A DNA stretch of 64,000 bases, taken from positions 1,302,001 through 1,366,000 of the forward strand of contig CM068775.1 in NCBI GenBank assembly GCA_035084275.1, in the 5' to 3' direction. Positions 38,492 through 51,142 of the stretch are shown in pieces. The translations under genes were made by a program, and so were the position numbers. The stretch is from Hydrolagus colliei (lineage: Eukaryota). Position 1 is the first letter of the stretch; each line of letters begins with the position of its first letter. Below the pieces are notes generated by a model that searched no databases, was not told where the DNA came from, and saw nothing but the letters and a program-made list of their open reading frames with translations.

Positions 38492-41400
38492 ATGGAATTT
38501 CCAACAGTGTACGCTATAGCAGCTATTTACTACCCCATTCTGGTAGCATTTGCAATTCCGGGTAATTCTATTTATTTTCATGGTATGGCAATTGTGAAGA
38601 GACTAGTTCAATTGGCATTTTGTATAGTGGCTTATCATGTCTTCTAGAAATCTCAAATTAGTTCAAAGAATATACGGCAAAGTGAAATGACTTTGTATTT
38701 GTGGGCGAAAGGCGAGAGCTAAATGTGTGTTTCCGTGTCCTACAAACTATCATGGATTGAAATGATCAATTTTATTAACTGTTGATGATGGATTATTACC
38801 AATGGTGGAGTGAGGAAACTTGCTGAAGGTTAGCCCTGACCTGCCTGGAATTGAACACAGATGCATCGCTTGGTGAATGCTCTAATCACTCAGCTACAGG
38901 ACTCGGTTACAGAAATGGGGATAACCAGGGCTATGAATCTGAATGTACAACTTGATCTGAGAGCTGGTGCAGACTCAAAGAGTCAAAAGATCTCTGTTCT
39001 CTTGGAAATATATGTGACAAAATTACATTTATAGAGCGCCTTTCACATTGGGAGGATGTCCCAAGGTGCCGAACAGTCAGGTCGGGACCCAAGTAAGGGA
39101 GTGGGGCAGGGTATGGGGTTGGGCTTTCGAGAGTTAGGAGGGGAGGGCAGCAGATGGCATGGTAGAAGAGGACGAGCCTTGAATACCGGCATTGAAGGAA
39201 ACAAGGGAGGGATCCAGATGCAGGGAAAGTTGGATGGACTTCCAGAGTGTGGGGACAGAGATATTGAAAGCCCATGCACCGTTTGTAGGGCGGGTCGGGT
39301 AGGGGACATGGAGCAGACTGGAGCCCACTGAATAGGGCGGTCTGGTAGTTTCATAAGCGGACAGAAGGTCGAAGAGATAGGAGGGGGCAAGGCCATGAAT
39401 GGCCTTGGAAGTGAGGAGGAGAATCTTTAATTTTATCCTCTGGGGATGTTGAGGCAATGGAGCCGGGCAAGGGTGGGAGTGATGTGGTCACAGAACTTTG
39501 TGCTGGAGAGGAAATGAGCTGCAAGTTCTGGATGTTCTGCAGACTGTGAAAGGAAGAGCCAGAACCAACAGTGAGGAGGGAGTTTCCATATTCGTGCCTT
39601 GATGTGATGAATGTGTGGACAATGGGTTTGGTAACCTGATGGTTGAGGCAGTGCTGCCATCTGGCAATGTTGCAGTGGTGTTGATGTGGGGGAGGGAGGA
39701 CAATTAAGGGTAGAACAAGACACCCAGGTCCCTGACTGACTTCAAGAGATGGAGAGTGCAGCCTTGGAAGCCGATGTTGCCAGTGCCTGAGTTGTGGAGT
39801 TGCTGACCTGATCCAATCAGGAGGATATAGGTGCATTACATCATGGGAAGATTTCATGATATGATAGTGGCTGTTATGAAGAGGACGGGAACAATCCGGA
39901 TGAAAGGGACAGGTTGACTGTGTCGGCAAGTGGTAGGGTAAGGAGGCAGAGCTGGGTGGTAAGGAGTCGAGTCGGGATGGGATTCAGGGAGCAGGTGGTG
40001 GACTTCATGGAAGATATGTTTGTGATGACAGAGGATGGGGAGACAGGTTCTCCCCATCCTCATCTATTCTGAATGTGGTGAACTAGGGTAAATGAATAAA
40101 GGAATCAATGAATCAATCAACCAAAACTTACATTGATATCACGCCTTTCACGTCAAGAGGATGGCCCAAGGCACTGTACAGTTTGAAAGGGGCAAGAGCA
40201 TGGGGGGAGGGATCCGGGCAAGATGAACACGAGTAGGAAAATTAACTGTATATTTGTGGGCAAAACACAGCTGGCAAATTGCACAGAGCAGGGATAGGTA
40301 GATGTTGGGGTGTGGGAGGGTGGAGTGTGGGGGCAGAAGTTGGAAGTGTGATGGCAGCTAAGCGGATTCCCTCGATTTTGGTCTCAAGGTCTTCCAGCAT
40401 CTCCTCACAGTGGGAGTTGGAGGAGAGAATTTGAGAGGTGGACGGGGAAGGGCGGAGGAGCTGATTTGTTGTGGAGAATAGGAATTTGTGTTTGTCCTGG
40501 ATTATCCTGGAGTAGAAGTAAGATTTGCTGGAGACCAGAGCGGGGAGGTAGTTTTTGATGCGGCAGATACGCTAGTGGACCATTAGACCAGATTTGAGAC
40601 AGGTACGTTCAGTGCCCGACAACTGATCTTTGAGTAACTGGAGGTGGCTAATGAACTAGGGTGAGGTTCAAGAGTAACACTTTGGAAAGAATCAGGAGAA
40701 ATAATTTTGCTGATTGTTTAATGCAGGCTACCTTACAACAAGGCCACAATTTGAACCTGTATGAAAGGTTTGCTAAAGGTTTGAGATATGGACAATGTTC
40801 TCAAGGAATTGAATCAACTCAAAGGATAAGCAACCAAAAAGCTCCTCATCTCACAACTGTATTAACGTGAATAATTCGTCCTATTTTCTTACTTTCGCTC
40901 AGTTAATTTGCTGGCGATTGTGATCCTGTCCAGAGGAAACTGTGGTCTCTCAAAATGCATCACTTGCTATCTGGTGGCCATGGCAGCCACGGATCTCCTG
41001 GTTGTATTTGTGGATGTGTTGTTAAACAAAATTAACAATCTGTATTTCCCATTAAGTTTCTTATTCTACACTCCAGTGTGTAGTGTTAGACTTGTGTTGC
41101 TGGTTGCAGCATTTCTCATGTCTTTGTGGTTCACTGCTGCTTTCACTTTTGACCGATTTGTTGCCATTTGCTGCCAAAAGCTGAAGCCAACATATTGCAC
41201 GGAGAGAACGGCCACAGTGGTTATTGTAACTCTGTGTGTTATTTGCTGCTCAGTCAGCATTCCCTGTTACTTTTCATTTGTTCCTCAGTTGATAATTAAC
41301 AATACCCCGTGGTACTCTGTCTTCAAACCAAACATTTATACTTTGCTCACCTGGAAATTATACGAAAGGTTTATCCGTGTTTTTAATCCACTGTTTGTGT

Positions 41401-41834
41401 TTGCTTTGATTTGCCTGTTCAACGCTGTGATTATCAGAAACATTCTGATGGCCAGTAAAGTCCGCAGGAGGCTTCGGGGTCAGAGAAATGCTGAGAAAAC
41501 AATTGATCCCGAGTTGGAAAACCGAAGAAAATCCATAATTTTACTGTTCGCCATATCAGGCTGTTTTATTGTTTTGTGGACAACTTATGTTGTACATTCT
41601 GTCATATGGCAACTTTCCAATTATAATTATAGCGAAACATTGGTCAATAACACTCCATATATTGTCCAAGAAACCGGATTCATGGTGCAAATGTTGAATT
41701 GCTGTGCAAACACCTGTATATGTGCTTTAACTCAGACTATGTTCAGAGAGGAGTTTAAAAAAGGGTTCATTTATCCCTTTCATATCATTGCAAAATTAAT
41801 GATAAAACAGCAGGAAAAAACGGTAGGAAAGTAA
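38492..41834 (+). CDS. GPR139-like class A GPCR, copy C (two exons, 333 aa, open frame with two conserved residues lost)
   Basis: Exon 1 38492-38561; exon 2 40903-41834; WYC>WYS (TCT 41316-41318) and NTCIY>NTCIC (TGT 41721-41723). Confidence 0.82.
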
Positions 41835-41839
41835 TTTGT

Positions 41840-44800
41840 GACAAACGCGGTTCAACTTCACCTACATTGGTGACTATTTTCACAAACAGGGAAACTTTCC
41901 AACATGACTGTAAGCTCTGTAGGTAATGTAATAAATTAGTGTATCAATTTCATTAACAATAGATATTTGAGGTATGTGATTGGTCGTTCGCTTCTGTTGG
42001 CAGCTGGTACGAATGTAGTTTTGTTGTTGTTGTTGTGACCGGCTTCACAATGATGGGAGCTGGTTGTGACCGGCTTTGCAGAAGAGACAACAAACTGGTT
42101 AAAGTTGACAAACCGTTTCCCAGGCCTTATCTGTGTGTTTCCCATGGAGAGGTGGTCTGCAGGTGGAGAGACAGCTGAGCAACATTTAGTTTTGTAGAGG
42201 AATCCTCTTGCAGAAGAAACTGGGTGAAAATATCACCTGATGAACATAAAAGGGGGGATCGAAGAAAGGAAGATAGTGGAAAGTGGAGTCGCCATTGCAG
42301 CTTCTGAAGAAGGAACAGTTAAGACTAAGTCAGACCATCGATGTTGTGACAGCATGTCTGTCCGACATTGAGTCCTGGACGAGGGACAACTTCCTCCAAT
42401 TGAACATGAGCAAGACCAAGGCCCTGCTGATTGGCTCAAGCCAGCGCTTCCACACATCGGGCGCTGCCAGCCTCAACATCCAAGGCTGTACTCTCCACCT
42501 CACAAAGCCAGTCAGGAACCTCGGCATCACATTCGACCATAAACTCTCCTTCCTCCCCCACATCCGTGCCTTGACCGGCACCGCTTTTTTCCACCTGCGC
42601 AACATTTGCCAGGCTCCGCAACTACCTCACCCCCCACGCTGCCGAAACATTCATGCCCGCGTACATCACCTCATGGTTGGACTACGGAAATTTTCGCATC
42701 GTCGTCCTCTCCAGCTCCACCATTCACAGGCTGCAGGTCATCCAAAACTCTGCAGCCCGTGTACTATCCCACACCCACCTCCGTGACCACATAACCCCCA
42801 CCCTCGCCCATCTCCACAGTCTCCCCATCCCCCAGAGGATTGACTTCAAGATCCTTGTCCTCGTTTTCAAGGACTTACACGGCCTTGCCCTGCCCATTTT
42901 ATCAGATTTACTCTCCCCCTATAAGCCCACCCAGACCCTCCGTTCAGCAGGACTTGATTTACTCCAAGCCCCCCGCCCGAACCGCCCCCCATCAGAGGCC
43001 AGGCCTTCAGTTTCTCCGCTCTCACTCCATGGAATTCCATCCACCAATCCCTCCACCTTGTTACCTCCATTTCCTCTTTCAAGGCCGGTTTGAAGACTCT
43101 CCTTTTCGACCATGCCTTCTGTTCCCCCCTAATTATTCGACTTCCCCCACGTTTTCTACCGCCTCCCGAACACTCCCCTCCCCTCCCAGCTCGGGTCACA
43201 CACCTCCTGTGCAGCGCCTTGGGACGTCCTCCTGACGTAAAAGGCATTCTATAAGTCTAATTTGTTGTTGTTGTTGTTAAGTCTTAGAAAACTGTCAACA
43301 CCTTTGCTGATGCTCCCAAACTATGTAACAGTGCTTCTGTACTGGGATATTGTTTTGCTGATTGAAAGGGCTGCTGTGCCTGAATACCTTTTGGTGGACA
43401 TTAAATTAAACATAAATTGGACATTATTCCTCCATCTCTTTGGCAACATTGGTTTGTTCAACTTAAATCCTTGTGAGCTGTAGCATTTTTACGGAAGCAT
43501 TTTTGTGATGTATATTTTTAATTAGTTATAAATATTACTAAGCTGAATTCACATTCATGTTTTTCTGTGCAACACTTGTGTCATTCTGTATTTCACCAGG
43601 ACATCACAGGATGAAATAACCCTTACATTATGAGGAGATATCAATGATGTACTGTTTCCTTCCAAATGTAGTAACAGTGACAACAAGATTAAATTGATAG
43701 AGTGTCTTTCATGTCGGAAGGACGTCCCACGGCACTGATCAGTCAGCATTCGGGAACCAAGCACAGGGGAAAAGTGGAATAGAGGCAAGAGGAGGCAGAG
43801 AATTGGGAGCACAGCTGGAGTTACAGAGTGTGGGATGGGTGAGACAGGGTGGCTGCAGTCGGACATCTGGCGGCATCTGCCATGGTGTGCGCAATGGAGA
43901 ATTTGAAGAGTGGGTCAGAGGAAGGCTGTGGAAAGGTCAAGCAATAATAGTAATCAGAGCAGTTGGAGTGAGAGGAGTGGTGATTGGGAATAATGGAGTG
44001 TGGGGGACAGGGACAAGAGCATTTTGGGGAAGCAGTGCTATGACTAGGATCAGACAGTGTTGGGGGTTTGGAGAGAGGTGGGCGTTGGTTGTCAGTGAGG
44101 CAGGGTTTACCCTCTGGGCTGGTGTGGATCATAACGGCTGTTTTCTCAGTGAGTCCAGGGCTGGGAAATTCTAATGACATGCGCGGCATGACATCACATG
44201 GCTGTTGGTTTCTGGTTGGTTGAGGCCTCAGTGATTCAGTGATTGTGGTGATGGTGCTTCAGACCAGCTGAGGGTGAGTCCCTGGTCATCTCCGCGGCAT
44301 CAGGCCTCGCGTTGGTTCTTGTGGCCATTGAGGTTGAAATCCACAATGATAAAGTAACCAAAGCCTCAGGACAGCCTGGCCACTGATCCCCCTCACCTGT
44401 GAGCCGCTCCAGGCACTGGATGTGATAATGATTCGGCTGCTGCTCGACTGTGACCAAGGAATTATATACCACATGAGGCTGTAGATGATCAATCCTTGTA
44501 TCTATTGAAGACTGAGATTGATAGATTTGTAAAGGAGAGAGGCATTTTGGGATATCAGAATTGGATTCGCAAATGGAACTGAGTTAGAAGATCTTCTATG
44601 ATCTTATTAAGTAGCTGAACAAGCTTGAGGGGCTGAATGGCCTACACCTGCTCTTATTTCTTATGTTATTATGTTCATGTTTGGTATTTTTTGCTGAAGT
44701 TGCACCTGCACCAAGCTCCATGACCACATCACCTCGCCCGTCTATCATCCCCTAGAGGATCTAAATCAAGTTCCTCGTCTTCACTTTCAAGGCAATTCAT

Positions 44801-47800
44801 GGACTTTCCCCTCCTATCATTTTGACATACTGTCCCACGATGAACCTGCCCACCACTACATTAAGTGGGCTCCAGCCTGCTCCATATCCCTCACCCAACA
44901 TGCCCTACCATCAGTGGCTGGGCTTAAAGCGTCTCTGCCCCCTCTCTCTGGGACTCCATCGCAGATTCCCTTCACCTCGCTCCCTCTCTCGCTTCCTTCA
45001 ATGCTGGTGTCAAGAGTCTCCTCTTTGAATGTGCCTTCTTTTCCTCGCCCAACTCTCTCCCTCCTTTCTCATCTCTCTTTTGTCCCTCCGAACTCTCTCC
45101 ACTCCTTCCCCCTACATTGCCCCTCTTCCCGGCTCAGGTCCTGACCTGACTGTTCAGCCCCTTGGGACGTCCTCCCGATATGAAATGTTCTCTATAATGT
45201 CACTTTGTTGTTGTGGTGGCCGCCCAGTAAAAGTGTGTCTGTGACACCGGGCATCACAGAGCACATACTGTGGGCACACACTGCAGTTACACCTGGTGGC
45301 CACACCCGCTGACTGTGGCGCTGTGGCGTCCTGCACAGAGAAATCTCAACAGTGACAACAACAACAAAATGACATGTTTAAAGCACAGAGTCCTCCCACA
45401 GGAGCCCTCCCAATGGTCATTGTGTATCAAGACTGAGATTGATAGATTTGTAAAGGAGAGAGGAATTCGGACACAATGGGCTGAATGGCCTCCTCCAGTG
45501 CTGTATAATTCCATGATTGAACACATTTTATCTATTAATTTTACTTTTTATTCTACCATTACTGATTTACCAATCACAGCCACTTCAGATGACCTGACAG
45601 CTGCTGTTGATGTTGTTGCTGTTGGAGTGAAGGGAAATAAAGTATGAAAGGTCAGGCTGTGGGCTCTGTGGTGTGAGGGCAGGAAGCTGATCACTGATTG
45701 ACTGCAGACAATCACAGCTGCTTCCTGACAATTGTGCTGTGAGTTTCTGTCCCACCTGAAGGCAGCTTGACTCATCCTGTGTCTTTCCAGCAAAAAGTCT
45801 TTAGATACAAACAGCAGCATCTTGTGTAGGGTTTTGCAAATGAGCTGATCTGCAACGTAAACATCTGTTCTATAACATCTGCAAATTATCATTTCCTGTA
45901 AACTCAAAGTCAGAAAAATAAGGCTAAACATCAAAGAAATAAGTGACACAGGACTATCCATAGTTCTGTTCATTGATCAGGAAATCCAGCCTCTCTTATT
46001 GATTGTTTTTTGTAATAATACTACAGAAACGTTTTTATTTATCAAAGCCGGAATATTTTGTGAGGTGACCATGGAGCTGTTCTGTGTCTTGTTGTCTATG
46101 AGCCATGAGTAACAAAAATACTCGGATTAGATATAGTGCTTTTCACATCTTCTAAACTGTGTCTCAAAGCGTTTCACAGAATATACTGCAAAGTGGATTG
46201 ACTCTATAGTTGTTGGCGAAACACGGCAGCTAATTGCACAAAGCAATGTCCTGGATTGAAACGACCAAATTGTTATAGGTTTCTTGGGATGCATTATTAT
46301 TCAACATGTGGAGTAAGGAAACTTGCCCTAGGCATCGCCCTGCATGGAATTGAAACAGAAGTCTCACGGTTGACAGTCGAGGGCTCCAACCATTGAGTTA
46401 CAGGACTCCTCTGTGATCACAATTTTCCTGTCATGTGGGATTGATGTTGTGCTCACAGGTTTGCTGTAAGATAGGAGGCCTTGTAGATCTTGTACAGTTT
46501 CCAGATCCAGTGCCCAAAGGAGAATTCAAGATTCAGCGGTGGATCCTCATGTCTCAAAGTTGAATCCTGTATCTCAGGGGTTAGAGCACTCACCTCGCAA
46601 GCCAGAGACTAGGGTTTGATACCTGGCAGGACAAAGCCTTGAGCAAGTTTCCTTACACCCCACTTCTGATAATAAGCAATCAAGATAATAAAATAATAAT
46701 AAATGACTGAAACCACTTCTGATACAAGCCTCATGTTATTTCTTCCCAGTTTCCTTCTCCCCCTTGTCCTGAAGGAGTGTGACTGGTCTGACATTACACT
46801 GGGCTCCCACTGCACCAGCAGCCCTCCCCACCTGGCTTCTCACCCCAAGAGAACATTTCATGTCTGGCTTGAAATCATGAGCCGCCACATCAAACCGTTC
46901 ACCACCATTGCACTATTTCATAACCAATCAAGCTTGTGATTACAGTAAATGCAGCGACTGAGAACAGAGAGGATTATTATTATAAGTGGACTGAAGGCTG
47001 AATTCATTCCCATTATCTTCCAATCCGGAGATAATTATTGTGGCCACGTTTGACATCGACACTGACAATAAGATAGACTTCCTCAAATGTAAGAGAACAG
47101 AGAGGAAAGTAGGAGTAAGGACACATCGACAAGTGATAAAATAGAAAAAAAGAGATTAAAATTGCCAGGAACATAATTTAATATCAATGTATCCACATCA
47201 AAATGCCAGTTGAAGTATCAAGAGGATTCATGCCTTCATGCCCATATGTGATGTGAAATCAGGATTGAAAGAGCAGGAAACAGGGAGTAATCATCTGCAG
47301 TTGATCAGAACATCACTAAACTATAGGAAATAATAAACATTTTAATTAAGGCACAATGTTAATTATTGCACATAAAATAAACAGTTACTACACTTTATAA
47401 TGCATTTTGTGAAGTTCCTTTAGACATTTCAATAACATGAAAAGGAATTATGTCAAATGCAAGGTTTATGATCAAAAAGATTATTATGTAAACTTAAGAA
47501 AATAACAATTGCAGCACAAAAGACACAGGTCCATCTGGATTGCCTTCCACAATCCTGGCCGCCACACATACTTGTCATCTCCTCAACAATATACTGTATC
47601 ACAAAATATTATTTTCAAAAGTAACCCAGGGATTCTATTTTTTTCTGCTGCCACTGTTTCCCTAACTTTAACAGTCACTCACTGAAATAGGGTTCCCGTA
47701 GGTTTTGTTGAACTTACCAATTACTCCACTCACTCTCACACACACACACACACACACACACATTAAAGGAAACAATTCATGAGGCTTCAGGGTCAGTGCT

Positions 47801-48068
47801 GGGGCTAATACTATTGAAACTTATATTAATATGAATTTGCGGTCAATGCCGAATGTAAAGGGCACAATTATTGATCTGTGCAGGTCAGAGGGAATGTGAG
47901 AGGTGACTCCCCTCAGTCCTGTAGCTGTTGGTCCATTCTCCAAACACCTGGCCCCACTGCCCCTTGTTAAATAGCGGTCACTGGGGACTGAGGCCATCTG
48001 TCCATCCGGCAGATCTTTGTCCCTCGGTTATTGGGCTCAAGGGTCAGTTCTGACAATTGCCCAGAAAC
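41840..48068 (+). repeat. Spacer block (copy 3), ending in the V3 promoter
   Basis: Paralogous to copies 1 and 2; L2 42320-43270, SINEs 46115-46410 (-) and 46555-46680 (+), (CA)n at about 47737-47762. Confidence 0.9.
47930..48068 (+). promoter_or_regulatory. IgH V3 promoter region
   Basis: TTAAATA at 47967-47973, E-boxes CACCTG/CATCTG/CAATTG, no octamer. Confidence 0.55.
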
Positions 48069-48549
48069 ATGAGGTCCCTGATATCTCTCAGTCTGTTGCT
48101 GGCTCTCTTCTCCCGTGAGCTGTATTATTGGGACAAGTCTGACTGTGTGTGTGTGTGTGGGGGTGTGATTCTCTCTGCAATGTCACAGAGCCGGGATATC
48201 TCACAATAATTAATCTTCGGTCATTTGTTCTTTACAGGTGTCCAGGCCGATGTGGTGCTGACACAGCCATCGTCTCTAACCGGGAAGCCTGGCCAGGCCC
48301 TGAGACTCACCTGTAGAACCAGCGGGTTTGATCTCAGCAAATATGGCATGAACTGGGTCTGGCAGGTTCTTGGGAAGGGGCTGGAATGGCTGCTCTATAT
48401 TTCGTACACATCTGCGTCCAACAGTCGTTACACACCTGGCATTCAAAGCCGTGTCACTGTTAACAGTAATAATTCCAATAACATCATCGATCTGAACATC
48501 AAAAGCCCAACAGTTCACAACACCGCCATCTCTTACTGTGCAAGTGACT
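48069..48549 (+). CDS. IGHV: IgH V3: leader exon + complete V exon (open frame)
   Basis: Leader 48069-48114; intron GT..AG; V exon 48238-48549 (312 nt) [22 protein letters not shown]...[14 protein letters not shown]...TAISYCASD. Confidence 0.93.
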
Positions 48550-48588
48550 CGCAGTGAGAGGCAACTGGGCTGGTCTCCTACAAATACA
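48550..48588 (+). promoter_or_regulatory. V3 23-RSS with variant heptamer
   Basis: CGCAGTG-23-ACAAATACA. Confidence 0.85.
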
Positions 48589-48790
48589 GGAGGAGAGGAA
48601 AGGCAGCCCCTCCCACCCTAAACTGAAGGGCAGTTATGGTGTCAATGCTGTGTCTGTAGCAAAGATTAGAGGAAAAGCTTAGAATGGATTCCTTATCATT
48701 CCAAACCAATACAGTGAACGGTGGTTTGATGGGGGGTGAATGAGCTGCTTATTTGTGCTGTAATATTCTGTGATTTCAGCTGGTATGTGA

Positions 48791-48856
48791 CACTGTGCTG
48801 TTTGAGGCGGGAAGCACTGCGATTGGAGACTGACTAGATGACAGTTCACAAATATC
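48791..48856 (+). other. Candidate degenerate D1 segment (unit 4)
   Basis: CACTGTG (48791-48797) + CTGTTTGAGGCGGGAAG + CACTGCG (48815-48821); spacer to ACAAATATC is 26 nt. Confidence 0.4.
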
Positions 48857-48998
48857 CTCTTATTACCAGCTGTTGGACATATTTGTTTTCTGTTTCTGTG
48901 GCTGTGAAGAAAGTGTTAGACAGACTCTGTGCCATGCCACAGGAAAATAGTCAATTTCAGTGAATGTTGGCAGCCAGTATAGAGCAGACACTGAGGTC

Positions 48999-49065
48999 AG
49001 TATGTGTATGGGACTGTGTCACTGTGTATACGGGGCTCACAGCATTAACTGTCAATACAAAAACC
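48999..49065 (+). other. IgH D2 segment with 12/12 RSSs (unit 4)
   Basis: AGTATGTGT-12-CACTGTG, TATACGGGGCT (49027-49037), CACAGCA-12-ACAAAAACC. Confidence 0.9.
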
Positions 49066-49404
49066 CTTGAACACCAAACCAGATAATCTCTCCCACTGCT
49101 GGCGTGTGTGGGTTCCAATTAATGTGAGGAGATTTGATATGTTTATAATGGGGCCTAACACTGAGTAATTTACCAGATTTTAATCGACATAAAAACATAA
49201 AATATAATCGTGAATCTGTGGGTGACAAGTGAAGGTGTTTGACAGGAACATTGCAAACTGGCAAAGATACAAACATTTAACAGCTAAACACAGAGCTGTG
49301 CAATTGTTTTCAGAACATTACAGAACTATACGGTTCCCGGTATTTAGTTTGGGGAAATCACCATTTACAATAATATGGTGTTTGTGTGGCCGGCCCTCAC
49401 AGCA

Positions 49405-49491
49405 GGTTATTGCAGTGATCAGCACACTGACTGTAGCACTGTGACTACCTTGACTGCTGGGGACAAGGCACCATGGTGACAGTGACTAACG
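49405..49491 (+). other. IGHJ: IgH J3 with 23-RSS
   Basis: GGTTATTGC-23-CACTGTG (49405-49443); coding 49444-49491 YLDCWGQGTMVTVTN; donor G|GTAAG. Confidence 0.95.
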
Positions 49492-49799
49492 GTAAGAAAC
49501 AAACACTCACTCACAATGCTGAGTTTGGATTTATATGTTTATTTTATTCTCTTTAACAGCTATTTAATTTAATGACCTGTGAGTTGCCAGGGCTATCTCA
49601 GAGTTTAGTGCGAGTTAAATTCATTTCACTGCTATTGCTTTCAACAGCCACTGTTGATTTAAGGATTATTCGTTCCATGTTTAGTTCATCGCTGGTGATA
49701 TTTTTGGTGGTTAGTGACTGTACAGCTGAAGTTACACTGATGGACTTTCTGCAATGTCTGATAACGGTGACTGGCGGCTGCTGAGTTTGGGGTATAATC

Positions 49800-50650
49800 A
49801 GGAATTGTATAAAAGTGTTTGAAACTTTGCCCACATGTTGGGAATCACGGTCTGAATGTTGTGGGATGAGCGACTTTAGCTGTGACCTGAAACTGGGAAG
49901 AGAGGGGATGAGGCAAAGGGAGTGAGGAAGGGAGTTCCAGAGCCTTGGGACATAGTGGCTGAAGCACAGCTGCCGAGGGTGGAGTGGAGAATTCGGGGGG
50001 ACATGGAGGAGGCCAGACCCAGTGGAGTGAAGGCAGCGGGTGCTGGTTTGGGGAGAGCGGAGATCAGAGAGATAAGAAGGTGAAGAGGAGTGGAGAGATT
50101 TGAATACAAGGGTGAGGATCTTGATGTCGATCCTCTCTGGGACAGGGAGCCAGTGAAGACTGGGAAGGCTGGGGTAACGGGCAGCGAAGCTTGTAGCGGG
50201 TGAGTATGCAGGCAGCAGAGTTTTGGATTATCTGGATTTTGTGGATTGTGGTCGAGGGGAGACCGACGAGGAGGGTGTTGCAATAGTCCAGCTGAGAGGT
50301 GACAAAGGCGAGGAACAAGGTTTCAGCGGCTTTTGTGGTGAGGTATTGCCGGAGACGGGCGATCCGTCGGAGGTGATAGAAGGCAGTGCTGGTCATGGAC
50401 CGGATGTGGGGGAGGAAGGACAGTTGGGGGTCGAACCTGATGCCAAGATTGCGCACAGGTTTGGAGAAATTTAGGGGCCAGGCCGGGAAGGTGGAGGAGC
50501 TGAGAGCCGTGTGAATGGAGACATGGACGATTGCCAAGGAGTATGGCCTCCATCTTGTCGACATTCAGCTGCAGGAATTTCACGCTCATCCAGCCCCTGA
50601 TATCTGACAGACAGGCTGACAAAACATCAGGGGTCACAAAGTGAAGTGGT
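49800..50650 (-). mobile_element. L2 fragment after J3 (paralog of 1925-2960, truncated by a deletion)
   Basis: Near-identical to the unit 1 copy until about 50650, then joins the 3' end of the ERV LTR. Confidence 0.85.
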
Positions 50651-51142
50651 CTTTAAATCACTGTAACTTTAAGAAATGTTGGGACATTATTTTGAACTCT
50701 CGGGATTGAAAATTCCAACCATTACAGTACTAGGAGGCCAAGATAGTGCAGTATTGTGAAAGAGTTCAGGAAGTGTAATTTTTTTTCAATTTTTAATTAA
50801 TCAAATAATTTGCCCCCAAAATTTCATAGTGTGCAATCATGCAGCTCGATGATTAGAGCCGTCACCAAGTAAGCCAGTGACCTGCGTTTGATTCCCAGCG
50901 GGATGAAACATTTTACAATTTTCCTCGTGCCACACACCTCTGTTTACCTAGCAGTGTGCAATTCTCATGTGAAAACACTATTGTTTATTCACTGGTCTGG
51001 AACTAATTGCATTAATTACATTTATTCATTGTTCAAGTTGTACTTAGCATTCACTATAAGTACAAATTTCTTTCACTCTGAGCTCAGTGAGTTCATTGAA
51101 GCCTCCACTTCAGGAGGAAAACACCAGAGTGTAAAACAGGGC

